From positions 33 to 64,032 of the forward strand of contig CALQFT020000002.1 of the NCBI GenBank assembly GCA_943329925.2: a DNA stretch of 64,000 nucleotides. The letters are read 5' to 3'. Shown in pieces: positions 1 through 9,603 of this stretch. The translations under genes were made by a program, and so were the position numbers. The stretch's first letter is position 1. Every line of letters starts with the position of its first letter. The notes under the pieces were generated by a model, which did no database searches, had not been told where the DNA came from, and worked only from the letters and a program-made list of their open reading frames with translations. Source of the DNA: Opitutus sp. GAS368. GTDB taxonomy: Bacteria; Verrucomicrobiota; Verrucomicrobiia; Chthoniobacterales; Chthoniobacteraceae.

Positions 1-734
1 TCATCGCCTCCTCCTTGCCCCGCCGCTGCACACTGCGACACAGCACCAAGCGACTATCCTCATCGTCCGGATCGACGCTCATCTTTACCTCAATCTTCTG
101 CTGCTCACTACGCCCCGGAAGCTCTTCAAACTCTGCCGCCGCAAACGCTTTGGCATACTTGGCCCGGGTTCCACGAGTGATGTTAATGATGTAACTATAG
201 CCCCGATTTTTAAGCATCGCGATATTCGCCTTGGAGGCAAATCCCGCATCGAGGATGACCACCGGCTTGATTCCATCCTTGATGACGGTGAGCCTATCGA
301 GCATCAATTCCAGCGTTTTTGTATCAGCATTGAACCCGAGATCGGCAAGTATGGGAGTGAGGCCGAGTTTCTCCCAGGCTTCTAGCGCGACCAATTCCGG
401 ACCGAACTCCATGACTTGCTCGGTCTCGATTTGGTCAATAAGCACCCCATCGACTGAGGCCGTGCCGAGCGGATGCCTTCGATCGGGCTGCCAGGGAGAC
501 GATGCGTGCCACCCAATTTAGGGCTTCCTTTGAGAGGTCAGCCTCAAAGAGATCTTGCTCGCCTTGTAGGCGGGACTGGACGGCGAGAGCGATGGGGCGC
601 TCCTCGTTTACTGGAAGTTGAGCATCACCGAGGGAAGCGATTACGCGTTGGCGCGGTTGGCCTTGCTCATCGCGAAAGTATTGAATGAGTTGGAGGAGAG
701 GAGTGTCCTTGATGGACTTTGTTGGGAAAAACAC
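1..734 (-). pseudogene. IS1634/IS4-like transposase remnant (frameshifted, apparently internally shortened, runs off window start)
   Basis: The N-terminal ORF 435-734 (MFFPTKSIKDTPLLQLIQYFRDEQGQPRQRVIASLGD...) resembles IS1634-type transposase N-termini. My translation of a second minus-strand frame from about 480 to position 2 gives VDGVLIDQIETEQVMEFGPELVALEAWEKLGL...VVILDAGFASKANIAMLKNRGYSYIINITRG...LVLCRSVQRRGKEEAM, which looks like a DDE region. The two parts are in different frames, and the spacing between the N-terminal part and the second Asp region is much shorter than expected. Confidence 0.6.
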
Positions 735-1090
735 ACCGGTGAAAGTGAGGGGCAGTTAGCAAAAATAACTATTTATTTACAAATTAGGCACTACATTTTG
801 CCTTTCGAAAATAACAGGGTTGATTTTAAACGGCTTGCGATTTTTGGCCATCGAAAAAACGGCATAAAAATGGACTCCGAGTGCAATTTTGAGAAACTTG
901 GGTTAAATCCCGCGATCCAGTCTTCACTTGAATCTGAGCCTTGGCTCTCGCTGAGTGTCGCATTCCACAACAGCATGCAAATGAAAGATAGGTGCAAAAA
1001 GCACTCACCAGAAAATCTGACGTCAAAATAAAAAGCCCTGCAGGGAATGGAAATTCAGTCCCACCATGGACGTTCTCCCTCAAACGCGCG

Positions 1091-1492
1091 TTATTCCCCT
1101 TGAAGAAACACCTGCGCAGCGGCCATGGATTCGGTGTGCGTCAGACTCACTAGGATTTCGCAAACTCCGCGTTCTGCGGCGAGTTCGGCGCCCTTGCCTG
1201 AGAGCCGTATTTCTGGAGCACCTGAGGCGGTGTGGCGCACTTCAATGTCCTGCCAACCTAGTTGCGCGCCTATCCCCGTGCCGAACGCTTTGGCAATGGC
1301 TTCTTTGGCGGCAAACCTTGCGGCGTAAAACTGGGCGGGGGAGTGCTTGGAATTGCAGTAAAGCTGTTCGTGCGCCGTGAAGATGCGCTGGATAAAGGGC
1401 TCGCCATGACGCTCGATAACAGCAGCAAAGCGAGGGACTTCTACAAGATCAAGACCCACACCCAGCATGCGCGCGCGTGGTGCCGGGATCAT
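1091..1492 (-). CDS. acpS: holo-[acyl-carrier-protein] synthase
   Basis: MLGVGLDLVEVPRF...FAAKEAIAKAFGTG...LSLTHTE is typical of AcpS. The ATG at 1492 overlaps the pdxJ stop codon (ATGA). An alternative start lies at 1468. Confidence 0.85.
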   Translation of the reverse strand: MIPAPRARMLGVGLDLVEVPRFAAVIERHGEPFIQRIFTAHEQLYCNSKHSPAQFYAARFAAKEAIAKAFGTGIGAQLGWQDIEVRHTASGAPEIRLSGKGAELAAERGVCEILVSLTHTESMAAAQVFLQGE

Positions 1493-2268
1493 AAGTGAGG
1501 TGGCTGAGCGGAGTTCATAAGCGCAAACATCTCGCTCACAGCAGGCTCCAATCCAATAAAGAGAGCGCGCGAAATGATGGAGTGTCCGATGTTAAAGTCA
1601 GACATTGGTCTCACATCCCGGATAAGCGCGATATTTGAGTAGTTGATCCCATGCCCTGCATTCACCTGCAATCCAGCTGCATCAGCCGCACGTGCTGCCG
1701 TCGCGAGGCGCTCTAGTTCCATCATCTGCTTCGCTCCCACGGCATTGGCGAAGGCCCCCGTGTGAAGCTCAATCATCTCGGCACCCAACCGTGCGGAGGC
1801 TTCTATCTGTTTAATTTCAGGTTCGATAAACATGCTCACTCGGATGCCCGCCCCGCGCAACGCTGCTACCGTGTCGTGAAGCTCCGTGCTTTGGCCTGCC
1901 ACATCCAACCCGCCTTCAGTGGTAATTTCCCTGCGACTCTCCGGTACCAAACAGGCTTCTCGAGGCATTAGGCTCAGCGCGATGGCAAGAATCTCGGGGG
2001 TGTTGCCCATTTCGAAATTTAGAGGCAGGTGTATATGTTCTTTCAACCGATACACATCCGCATCCTGAATGTGGCGGCGGTCTGAGCGTAGATGAATGGT
2101 AATACTGTCTGCTCCGCCTTTTTGGCAGGCGATAGCCGCCTGCAGAATATCGGGCTCGCAGTTGTGATCGTCCAGAAGGTTCGGGTAACGGGCCTGGCGC
2201 AACGTGGCCACATGGTCGATGTTGACCCCGAGTTTTAGCGCGCCTTGAATGGTTGCGTTCACTGTCAA
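1489..2268 (-). CDS. pdxJ: pyridoxine 5'-phosphate synthase
   Basis: [15 protein letters not shown]...[12 protein letters not shown]...NFEMG...ELHTG...NAGHGINY are PdxJ motifs. The listed ORF extends to 2481 inside purH. I place the start at TTG 2268 or GTG 2262, next to the purH stop. Confidence 0.85.
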   Translation of the reverse strand: MTVNATIQGALKLGVNIDHVATLRQARYPNLLDDHNCEPDILQAAIACQKGGADSITIHLRSDRRHIQDADVYRLKEHIHLPLNFEMGNTPEILAIALSLMPREACLVPESRREITTEGGLDVAGQSTELHDTVAALRGAGIRVSMFIEPEIKQIEASARLGAEMIELHTGAFANAVGAKQMMELERLATAARAADAAGLQVNAGHGINYSNIALIRDVRPMSDFNIGHSIISRALFIGLEPAVSEMFALMNSAQPPHL

Positions 2269-3806
2269 TGTTTGAAGTGCCGGGTGCCGATGCAAAGCAT
2301 GGCCATTCCGCGGGAATTGGCCGCTTCGATGACTTCGGCATCGCGTAGAGAGCCTCCTGGCTGCACCGCGCAAGTCGCTCCCGCATCGGCTGCTGCGATG
2401 AGCCCGTCGGCGAATGGAAAGAAGGCGTCGCTGCCAACGGCGGAACCCTTTAGGGATAGGCCTGCATCTTTGGCTTTCCAAATTGCGATGCGGGAGGCGT
2501 CGATGCGCGACATCTGGCCCGCGCCAATGCCAAGCGTGCGATCTGCCGCCGCATAGACGATGGCGTTACTCTTGACCTGCTTGACTACGCGCCAGGCGAA
2601 AAGCAGTGCCTTGAGTTCCTCCGCAGTCGGTTCGCGATGGGTCACGGTCTTTCCCGTAAAGTCCGCGAGCCCGGCGCATGGCCTGTCTCGCGTCTGTTCC
2701 AGTACTCCGCCTACGACGGAACGCAGTACCATTTCCTCGCTGGAATCCTTCGAAAAAACGGAGCTGAGTTTGCGCATCAGGCGGAGGTTTTTTTTCTTTT
2801 GGAGCAGGGCGCGGGCGTCTGGGTCAAAGTCCGGGGCGATGATGACTTCGCTGAAAATCTCACTGATGGCGCGGGCAAGGGGCTCGGTGAGGATTTGATT
2901 GGTGATGATGATTCCACCAAAAGGAGCTTGTTTGTCAGTCGCAAAAGCCTTGTCCCAAGCGAGTCGCAGATCGGGATCCGAGCCGACTCCACAGGGGTTT
3001 GTGTGTTTGAGAATCGCCACGGTGGGTTCATCAAATTCTTCGATCAATTCGGCTGCGGCCGAGATGTCCAAGATGTTGTTGTAGGAGAGGTCCTTGCCGT
3101 GGAGCTTCTGGAAGAAGTCGTCGAAGCGGCCGTACAGTGCGGCCTTCTGGTGTGGATTTTCACCGTAACGCAACCTCGCTGTGCAGGGCAGGGAGAGGGA
3201 GAGGGAACTGGTGGCTTCCTGAGCGTTGTTAAGATAATTGGCGATCGCTCCATCGTAACGGGAAGTGTTGACGAAGACTTTGATGCCCAAACGTTCCCTC
3301 AACTTCAGCGTGGTCGAACCGGCATTGGCGCGCATGCTTTCCAAGACATCCTGGTAGTCGGCGGGATCCACTACGACGGTGACTGAGCGGTAGTTTTTTG
3401 CCGCAGAGCGCAGCATGGATGGGCCGCCGATATCGATGTTTTCGATGGCCTCTTCGAGTGTCACTCCCGGCTTTGCAACGGTTGCTTCAAAGGGGTAGAG
3501 GTTGACGATGACCAAGTCGATGGGCCGTATGTCATTCGCCGCCGCCTCGGCGCAGTGCTCCGGATCCTCACGAAGATACAGTAACCCCCCATGGACTTTG
3601 GGATGGAGCGTCTTTACCCGGCCGGCAAGAATTTCGGGTGAACCGGTGAAGGAGGAAATATCCGTTGTGGTAATTCCGTTTTTTCGAAGCAGCGCGGAGG
3701 TGCCTCCCGTGGAGATGATTTCAACTCCCATGGCCTCCAGTTCGCGCACGAACTCCACTAAACCGGTTTTATCGGAAACGGAAACCAAGGCCCTCTGAAT
3801 TTTCAT
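2265..3806 (-). CDS. purH: bifunctional AICAR transformylase / IMP cyclohydrolase
   Basis: 513 aa. [19 protein letters not shown]...GGTS...[11 protein letters not shown]...HTNPCG...QPGGSLRD are conserved PurH blocks. Confidence 0.95.
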   Translation of the reverse strand: MKIQRALVSVSDKTGLVEFVRELEAMGVEIISTGGTSALLRKNGITTTDISSFTGSPEILAGRVKTLHPKVHGGLLYLREDPEHCAEAAANDIRPIDLVIVNLYPFEATVAKPGVTLEEAIENIDIGGPSMLRSAAKNYRSVTVVVDPADYQDVLESMRANAGSTTLKLRERLGIKVFVNTSRYDGAIANYLNNAQEATSSLSLSLPCTARLRYGENPHQKAALYGRFDDFFQKLHGKDLSYNNILDISAAAELIEEFDEPTVAILKHTNPCGVGSDPDLRLAWDKAFATDKQAPFGGIIITNQILTEPLARAISEIFSEVIIAPDFDPDARALLQKKKNLRLMRKLSSVFSKDSSEEMVLRSVVGGVLEQTRDRPCAGLADFTGKTVTHREPTAEELKALLFAWRVVKQVKSNAIVYAAADRTLGIGAGQMSRIDASRIAIWKAKDAGLSLKGSAVGSDAFFPFADGLIAAADAGATCAVQPGGSLRDAEVIEAANSRGMAMLCIGTRHFKH

Positions 3807-3864
3807 TTGTCCCTCAGGTTAGGGAAACGGGGGCGCGCTGGTCAAGGGAGGCTATTTGCGGCTG

Positions 3865-6621
3865 TTATCCGGTGGTGCGCAGGCCACTCGCTATCGCGTT
3901 GATAGAGAGCAATAAATCAGGCAACATCGCGTCTGCGCCAAGCGTATCACCTTTTCGGATGCGACCCCGCCATTCCCTGAGCATCGCCACCTGCTGGCGG
4001 TGTAGCACGCCGAGGGCTTCGCTGCGCAATTCCAGCGTTTTGAGCATCCGTGGACGGCTGTTGGCTAACGATTTGCCTCGGATACGTTCCAGCATTTCAT
4101 GAGTCCGATTCCATTCATCGCGGATGATCGCCGAAAACTTTTCACGAAGAACAGGATCCTCCACCAAGCCCTCATAAAGTTCCATGAAGACCGGATCCGC
4201 GCTCGCTAATGAGGATTCAACGTTGGTGAGAACGTAGCGCCAGAATGGCCAGGCGCGTAGGCGCTCCGAGAGCGACTGGACCTCTTCGGGTGAGAGGGCG
4301 GCGAGGGCGCTTCCCATCCCAAACCAGCCGGGGATATAATAACGTGCTTGGCTCCACGAGAAAACCCAAGGTATCGCACGTAGATCTGCCAGACTCGGCT
4401 GGCCGGTGCGGCGCGAGGGCCGGGAGCCGATGCGGCTGTGCTCCAGAGCATCAATCGGAGTGGCCTGCCTGTAGAATTCAAGAAAGCCATCGGCATCAAG
4501 CAGTTGCCTGTAAGCTACCCGGCTGGTGGTTGCGAGCTTTTGCATCAGTGGCGCGAACTCGGGCGCCTCTTCGAGAGGTACTCTGTGCCGCGCGGTGGTG
4601 GCGGCGACTCCCGCGAGAAGCATTTCTAAATTGTACGTGGCGGTAGCAGGGTTGGCGTATTTCTGCGCAATGGTTTCGCCCTGCTCAGTCAGGCGCATCT
4701 GGCCGCTGAGCGAGCCGTGGGGAAGGGCCTCCAGAAACCGGTGTGTCGGACCGGCGCCGCGACTTACGGTGCCACCTCGGCCGTGGAAAAAACGCAGTTC
4801 AACGCCGGCCTCGGCTGCGACTTGGGCCAGACGCTGTTGCGAACGTTGCAGGGCCCACTGGCTCGCCATGATTCCTCCGTCCTTATTGCTGTCGCTGTAG
4901 CCGACCATGACCTGCTGGATCAATTCGCCGGGCCGCGCGGCCACCTTGGCGTGATAGGCCAGACTAAAGTGCGTCACTGGTTGTTCCAAAAACACCTTTA
5001 ACATTTGGGGCGCACCTTCCAGATCCTCTATGGTTTCAAAAAGAGGAACCACGGGGAGCAAGCATACAATCCCTTCCGGGAATGCACGTAACAGTCCGGC
5101 TTCCCGCGCCAAAAGATAAACCACCAAGAGATCAGAGAGCCGGCGTGTCATGCTCACGATGAGAGCCCCCACACCACTGGTGCCAAATTGATCGATGTGC
5201 GCGGCAAGAACCCGGTAACAACCCAGCACCGCATCGGCCTCGGGGCCGGCACTTGCTGAGGGATGCAAAAACGGGCGTGGTGAACGCAGTTCCTTTTCTA
5301 AAAAGCGCAACCTTTCGACTTCTGACCAGTCCTCCCAGTCGTCTGCAGACAAGCCGGTTGCACCTAAGAGCTGTGTGAGGGCTTTGGCGTGGAAAAGAGA
5401 ATTTTGCCGGATATCCAGCTTCGCCAGATGGAGGCCGAATACCTCTACGCCGCGTCGCACAGGCAGCACTTCGGATTCCGCCAACCGCCGTGCTCCAACC
5501 TGAACCAGCGATTCATGCAGTCGATCCAAGTCGGCAAGAATTTCTTCGGCATGCCGGTAGGTGCCATCGACTTGGCGCAGTTGCGCAAGCTGGCCATGAG
5601 TGCGCGTGATTGGAAGTCGTGAGACCATGAGTTCGACAAACCACCGCCATGGCTCGTCTTTGCGGGATAGTCCGGGCAGGGAGTTTCCTAGAGCGGCTTC
5701 AAGGCGGGCAATGCCTTCGTTCAAAAGGGTCGGCGCCGATTGCATCCAAGAGGAGAGAGAGAGGCGTTCAGACAGAGATGTAAGTTGTTCGGCAATAACT
5801 AAAAGAGCGTTGACTCTGAGGCGCTCTAATGTCTCGCCAGTCACTTCGGCGGTGACGCCGGGATGGCCGTCGCGGTCGCCTCCAACCCAAGTGCCGAAGC
5901 GTAGTCGGGGTAAAGTCCCAGGCTCGCGCAGGAGTGCGACATCGTAGCCGGCATCGACCCAAGCTTGGCGTAAGCGTTCATCCAGAGCTGGCAACACGGC
6001 GGGAAAAACGTCCCGAAGGTAGTGGAGCACATTTCGTCGCTCGTCGGTGAGGGAGGGCTTTTCCAGCAAGATCTCCCCAGTACGCCAGAGTCTCTCAAGC
6101 GCTGCCTTTACCGCTTCGCGTACCGTTCGAGCTTCCGCTGCCGGAAGTGCTCCGCCAGACACTCGCTCCAGCAAGCCAAACAAAACCCGGTGCTGATCCA
6201 AGACGGATAGTCTTTTCGCTTCGGTTGGATGTGCTGTAAGTACTGGCTCCACTCGGACTTTGCGCAGTGTCGCCGCGAGAATCGCACCATCCGCCCCCTC
6301 TTTTCGCAGTCGGGCCAGGTGTCCTCCCCAGGCTCCGGGTTCAGCGCAAAACCCGTCCACGCGTTCCCGGAGAGAGCGTGTTTGAGCGGCCGCGTTTTCC
6401 TCGACCATGTTAAGCAATTGAAATGCTACGGAGAGCGCGAGGCCAAGACGCGGTGGCGCTTCCGAGTCTAGGGGCGCCTCTGCTCTCCACGGAAGATGTT
6501 GTGCGAGTTCTCCAAAGCCCATCTCCACCAATACTTCCCCGAAGCATTCCACGAGATAATGGAGATCGCGCTCCATTCGCGAAAACCCTAATTGCACGTA
6601 ATCCGGCGTCTCAGCACTCAT
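3865..6621 (-). CDS. ppc: phosphoenolpyruvate carboxylase
   Basis: 918 aa with VLTAHPTEAKR, VMVGYSDSNKDGG and FHGRGGTVSRGAGP, and a C-terminal ...GLRTTG. Confidence 0.95.
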   Translation of the reverse strand: MSAETPDYVQLGFSRMERDLHYLVECFGEVLVEMGFGELAQHLPWRAEAPLDSEAPPRLGLALSVAFQLLNMVEENAAAQTRSLRERVDGFCAEPGAWGGHLARLRKEGADGAILAATLRKVRVEPVLTAHPTEAKRLSVLDQHRVLFGLLERVSGGALPAAEARTVREAVKAALERLWRTGEILLEKPSLTDERRNVLHYLRDVFPAVLPALDERLRQAWVDAGYDVALLREPGTLPRLRFGTWVGGDRDGHPGVTAEVTGETLERLRVNALLVIAEQLTSLSERLSLSSWMQSAPTLLNEGIARLEAALGNSLPGLSRKDEPWRWFVELMVSRLPITRTHGQLAQLRQVDGTYRHAEEILADLDRLHESLVQVGARRLAESEVLPVRRGVEVFGLHLAKLDIRQNSLFHAKALTQLLGATGLSADDWEDWSEVERLRFLEKELRSPRPFLHPSASAGPEADAVLGCYRVLAAHIDQFGTSGVGALIVSMTRRLSDLLVVYLLAREAGLLRAFPEGIVCLLPVVPLFETIEDLEGAPQMLKVFLEQPVTHFSLAYHAKVAARPGELIQQVMVGYSDSNKDGGIMASQWALQRSQQRLAQVAAEAGVELRFFHGRGGTVSRGAGPTHRFLEALPHGSLSGQMRLTEQGETIAQKYANPATATYNLEMLLAGVAATTARHRVPLEEAPEFAPLMQKLATTSRVAYRQLLDADGFLEFYRQATPIDALEHSRIGSRPSRRTGQPSLADLRAIPWVFSWSQARYYIPGWFGMGSALAALSPEEVQSLSERLRAWPFWRYVLTNVESSLASADPVFMELYEGLVEDPVLREKFSAIIRDEWNRTHEMLERIRGKSLANSRPRMLKTLELRSEALGVLHRQQVAMLREWRGRIRKGDTLGADAMLPDLLLSINAIASGLRTTG

Positions 6622-6757
6622 AGGGAGAATGGTTGTAGTTCGAATTACCTCAAAAGAACGAGACTTATTCTGAAAGGCTTGGCGAGGGTGTTTGCGCTGT
6701 GGTGCGCGCGGATGCAGCGCACCTCTGGCGCTTGAGATGTCTGGAAATTAGCCGCGC

Positions 6758-7903
6758 CTAAGAATGCTTTGCGTGGGTGCAAATTAGATCCATCGCCGGG
6801 TCAATTCCCCAGCGGGCCGCCACAGACTCCAATTCTGCCGTCACCTCCCAACGATCAGGCAGCGACTCGCCCTGATGTTCCGGGTTCCCTCCCTTGAGGC
6901 TCATGCACCCTTTGTTGTTGCCCAGCGCTGCAATCTCTTCGACCTCCTCGGCGTTTAGCTGGAAATGGGGCAGAGCTGCCAGATCGTCCACCTTGGATTC
7001 AATGCTGCGGGCTCCCTCTCCGATTTCCTGAATCAAAGTGGGGATCACGCTTTTAACGGGCTCCTGCGATAAGTTCCAAGCGCAAGCGAGCTGCAACAAG
7101 CTCAGTCCATGGCGTTTGGCAATGGGAAGAAGGAGGTCGATTTTGGCAGAGCCGCTCTCCACCCAACCGGCGGCCCGATAGCTGCGGTGGTCGTATTTGG
7201 CAAACTCGTGGCCTGGTTTGACGTCCCCGTGAAACAGACCGCCATGGTCCACGACGCGGGTGATGATCTTAATGTCCTGTTGTATAGCTCCTTGCAAGCA
7301 TAGGTTTCCGGGCCAGGGCTCCAGCGGGTTGAGGATGACCATGGCCCAGTCAAGGATTGGGCCAAATCGTTCAAAACAAAGGAGTAAGTCTAATGAAAAG
7401 CCGTTCGCCGGTCCGGGTGCAACCCCCAGCCTGTGCGTCAGCTTTTGCTCCTTCACGCGCTCCATTCCCTTCCAGACTGCGTCGCTGCTAAAGCCCGTGA
7501 AATCTGGGTTGTGGAGCATCAGGCAGTCAAAGTGGTCGACTCCGCAGCGCTTAAGCTCCTGTTCGGTGGCCATTTCGATGTAGTCTGCAAAGTCCTGTGG
7601 CTGGCGAAGCGATGCGTCAGTGAAGCGAGGAAAGCCTTTGGATCCAACACGTTCTCCTTTGTAGAAATCGTGGCCTATCAGCCCCACCAAACAGTAGGAG
7701 TCCCGTGGTAGTCCGCTCAGGGCGCGGCCGAGCATTTCGTCAGCGGCGCCGTTGCCGTAGACATCGGAGGTCATGAAGGTACGAATGCCGGACTGGTAAG
7801 CATGTTGGAGGACGCTGATAAAGCGTTCATCGGAAAGTGGTTCTCCGAAGTGCATAAAGCGGCCGCCGTTCCAAGTTCCGTAAGCTGTGCGGGTCAAGTC
7901 CAT
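6758..7903 (-). CDS. aldo/keto reductase family oxidoreductase
   Basis: MDLTRTAYGTWNGG...GIRTFMTSDVYGNGAADEMLGRAL...LMLHNPD are AKR-like blocks. The ORF track extends to 8047, but that would run into divergent nth. I chose the ATG at 7903. Confidence 0.8.
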   Translation of the reverse strand: MDLTRTAYGTWNGGRFMHFGEPLSDERFISVLQHAYQSGIRTFMTSDVYGNGAADEMLGRALSGLPRDSYCLVGLIGHDFYKGERVGSKGFPRFTDASLRQPQDFADYIEMATEQELKRCGVDHFDCLMLHNPDFTGFSSDAVWKGMERVKEQKLTHRLGVAPGPANGFSLDLLLCFERFGPILDWAMVILNPLEPWPGNLCLQGAIQQDIKIITRVVDHGGLFHGDVKPGHEFAKYDHRSYRAAGWVESGSAKIDLLLPIAKRHGLSLLQLACAWNLSQEPVKSVIPTLIQEIGEGARSIESKVDDLAALPHFQLNAEEVEEIAALGNNKGCMSLKGGNPEHQGESLPDRWEVTAELESVAARWGIDPAMDLICTHAKHS

Positions 7904-7986
7904 AGAGTGTTGTAGGAGACTACTCCGTTTTGAACCAAGGTTAAGTCGCAATGTTGCCAGTTCTTTTTTGCGGGGCATGCTGAGGT

Positions 7987-8721
7987 GTGCCAATTCCACC
8001 CAAAGTCCAACGCATCCCTGAAGTGCTTCGTCTTCTCTCCCAGACATATCCAGAGGCGCACTGTGAATTGATTTTTTCCAACCCCTTGGAGTTGTTAATG
8101 GCGACTATTCTCTCGGCTCAATGCACTGATGTCCGTGTTAACCAAGTCACGCGCAGGCTGTTTGAATGCTGCACGAAAGCGGAGGATTACGCGAAAATCC
8201 CCCTGCCGGAACTCGAGGCAATTGTACAATCCACCGGTTTTTTCAGGGCCAAGGCGAAAAATTTAAAGGGCTGCGCGGAAGCACTTCTTGAGCGACATCA
8301 CGGGGAGGTGCCACAGTCCATGGGGGAACTCACTGCATTGCCGGGAGTGGGGCGCAAGACTGCGAATGTGGTGCTTGGCGATGCGTTTGGTGCACCGGAG
8401 GGTGTTGTGGTGGATACTCATGTGCAGCGCCTTTCAATGCGGCTGGGTTTCTCCAAGCACAGAACTCCCGAGAAAATCGAATTGGATCTGATGCGCCTCG
8501 TTCCGAAGCCCCAGTGGGCGGTACTGAGTCACTGGCTCATTTGGCACGGCAGGCGGCGCTGCAAGGCGCTCAATCCGGACTGCGTAAATTGCGAACTGAA
8601 AGCGCTTTGTCCCAGTGTCGGTGAAAATGCGGTGAACATTGGGAGAAAAGCGGCAGCGCCCAAGCGCCCTGCTTCAACCCACAAGAATTCTAGTCGGAGC
8701 ATCTCCAGGAGCGGCGCATAG
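7987..8721 (+). CDS. nth: endonuclease III (DNA-(apurinic/apyrimidinic site) lyase)
   Basis: GTG start. LMATILSAQCTDVRVN, the HhH-GPD block LPGVGRKTANVVL and the 4Fe-4S cluster motif CKALNPDCVNCELKALC. A C-terminal tail of about 30 aa overlaps the convergent gene. Confidence 0.9.
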   Translation: MPIPPKVQRIPEVLRLLSQTYPEAHCELIFSNPLELLMATILSAQCTDVRVNQVTRRLFECCTKAEDYAKIPLPELEAIVQSTGFFRAKAKNLKGCAEALLERHHGEVPQSMGELTALPGVGRKTANVVLGDAFGAPEGVVVDTHVQRLSMRLGFSKHRTPEKIELDLMRLVPKPQWAVLSHWLIWHGRRRCKALNPDCVNCELKALCPSVGENAVNIGRKAAAPKRPASTHKNSSRSISRSGA

Positions 8722-9453
8722 AACCTCGACGGTTTCACCGCCACCCAGTGCGAGGCGTTCCCGGACCGTGCGCAGGGCGAGGGCGGGGGTGTTGCAGTCT
8801 TCGCTCAAATGTCCCAGCAGGACCCTGCGCAGGCTCCCGCCGAGGATCTCTGCAAGAAGCTCCGCTGCAGCATTATTCGAAAGGTGACCATGGCGTGATA
8901 AAATGCGCTGCTTGATCGCCCAGGGCCGCCGAGTGTCGTTGTGAAGCATGGTCTCATCGTGGTTGGCCTCGATGAGCAATGTGTGGACGGCGCGCACACG
9001 CTCAAGCGCCATGCGCGTGGCGTAGCCCAGATCGGTGAGAAACCCCACGCCCTGACCGTTGTGTTGTAAAACAAAACCAACGGGCTCCGCGGCATCGTGC
9101 GGGACGGAGAAACTTTGGATGCGCAAGTCGCCCAGATCAAAATCAGAGCCGGTGGTGAAAATGCGCCACAGGACCCCCTTGCTCTCGAGTTTGAGGGCCT
9201 CCGCGGTGAGGCTGTTTGCGAAAATGGGCGTGCCGTGGCGGCGGGCCCAAACTCCAATGCCCTGTGCATGATCTGAATGCTCGTGGGTGAGCAGAATGCC
9301 ATGGAGAGAATCTGGAGAGACCCCTAGGAGTTCGAGTTTCTGGGCAATTTTGCGCGCACTCAGGCCCGCGTCCACAAGCACCCGGGTGGATGTTGTTTCC
9401 ACGAGTGCACAATTACCTGAGCTACCACTGGCGAGAACGGAGAGATGAAGCAT
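8674..9453 (-). CDS. MBL-fold metallo-hydrolase (YycJ/PhnP-like)
   Basis: MLHLSVLASGSSGNCALVE...LLTHEHSDHAQG...SRHGHLSN, a metallo-beta-lactamase fold signature (HxHxDH). Confidence 0.8.
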   Translation of the reverse strand: MLHLSVLASGSSGNCALVETTSTRVLVDAGLSARKIAQKLELLGVSPDSLHGILLTHEHSDHAQGIGVWARRHGTPIFANSLTAEALKLESKGVLWRIFTTGSDFDLGDLRIQSFSVPHDAAEPVGFVLQHNGQGVGFLTDLGYATRMALERVRAVHTLLIEANHDETMLHNDTRRPWAIKQRILSRHGHLSNNAAAELLAEILGGSLRRVLLGHLSEDCNTPALALRTVRERLALGGGETVEVLCAAPGDAPTRILVG

Positions 9454-9603
9454 GACTGGCTTTGGGGAGTATGGAAGGCTTGGGGGCGAGGGGCAACGGG
9501 AAGCGTGTGGGTTGTTCGATTTTTCAAGTGGATGGAGTCTGCACGCGATCTCGTTGTTTTGCAGGGTTGCGCAAAGCGGGGTTTCACGCTTTTTAAGGGG
9601 GTA

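Noticed and set aside
1489-2481. Full 330-aa version of the pdxJ ORF
   Set aside because: The first ~70 residues are Arg-rich and overlap the 3' end of purH in another frame. PdxJ homology begins only near 2230, so a TTG/GTG start at 2268/2262 is more plausible.
2637-3386. 249-aa ORF on the plus strand inside purH
   Set aside because: It is a shadow ORF antisense to a highly conserved gene and has no motifs.
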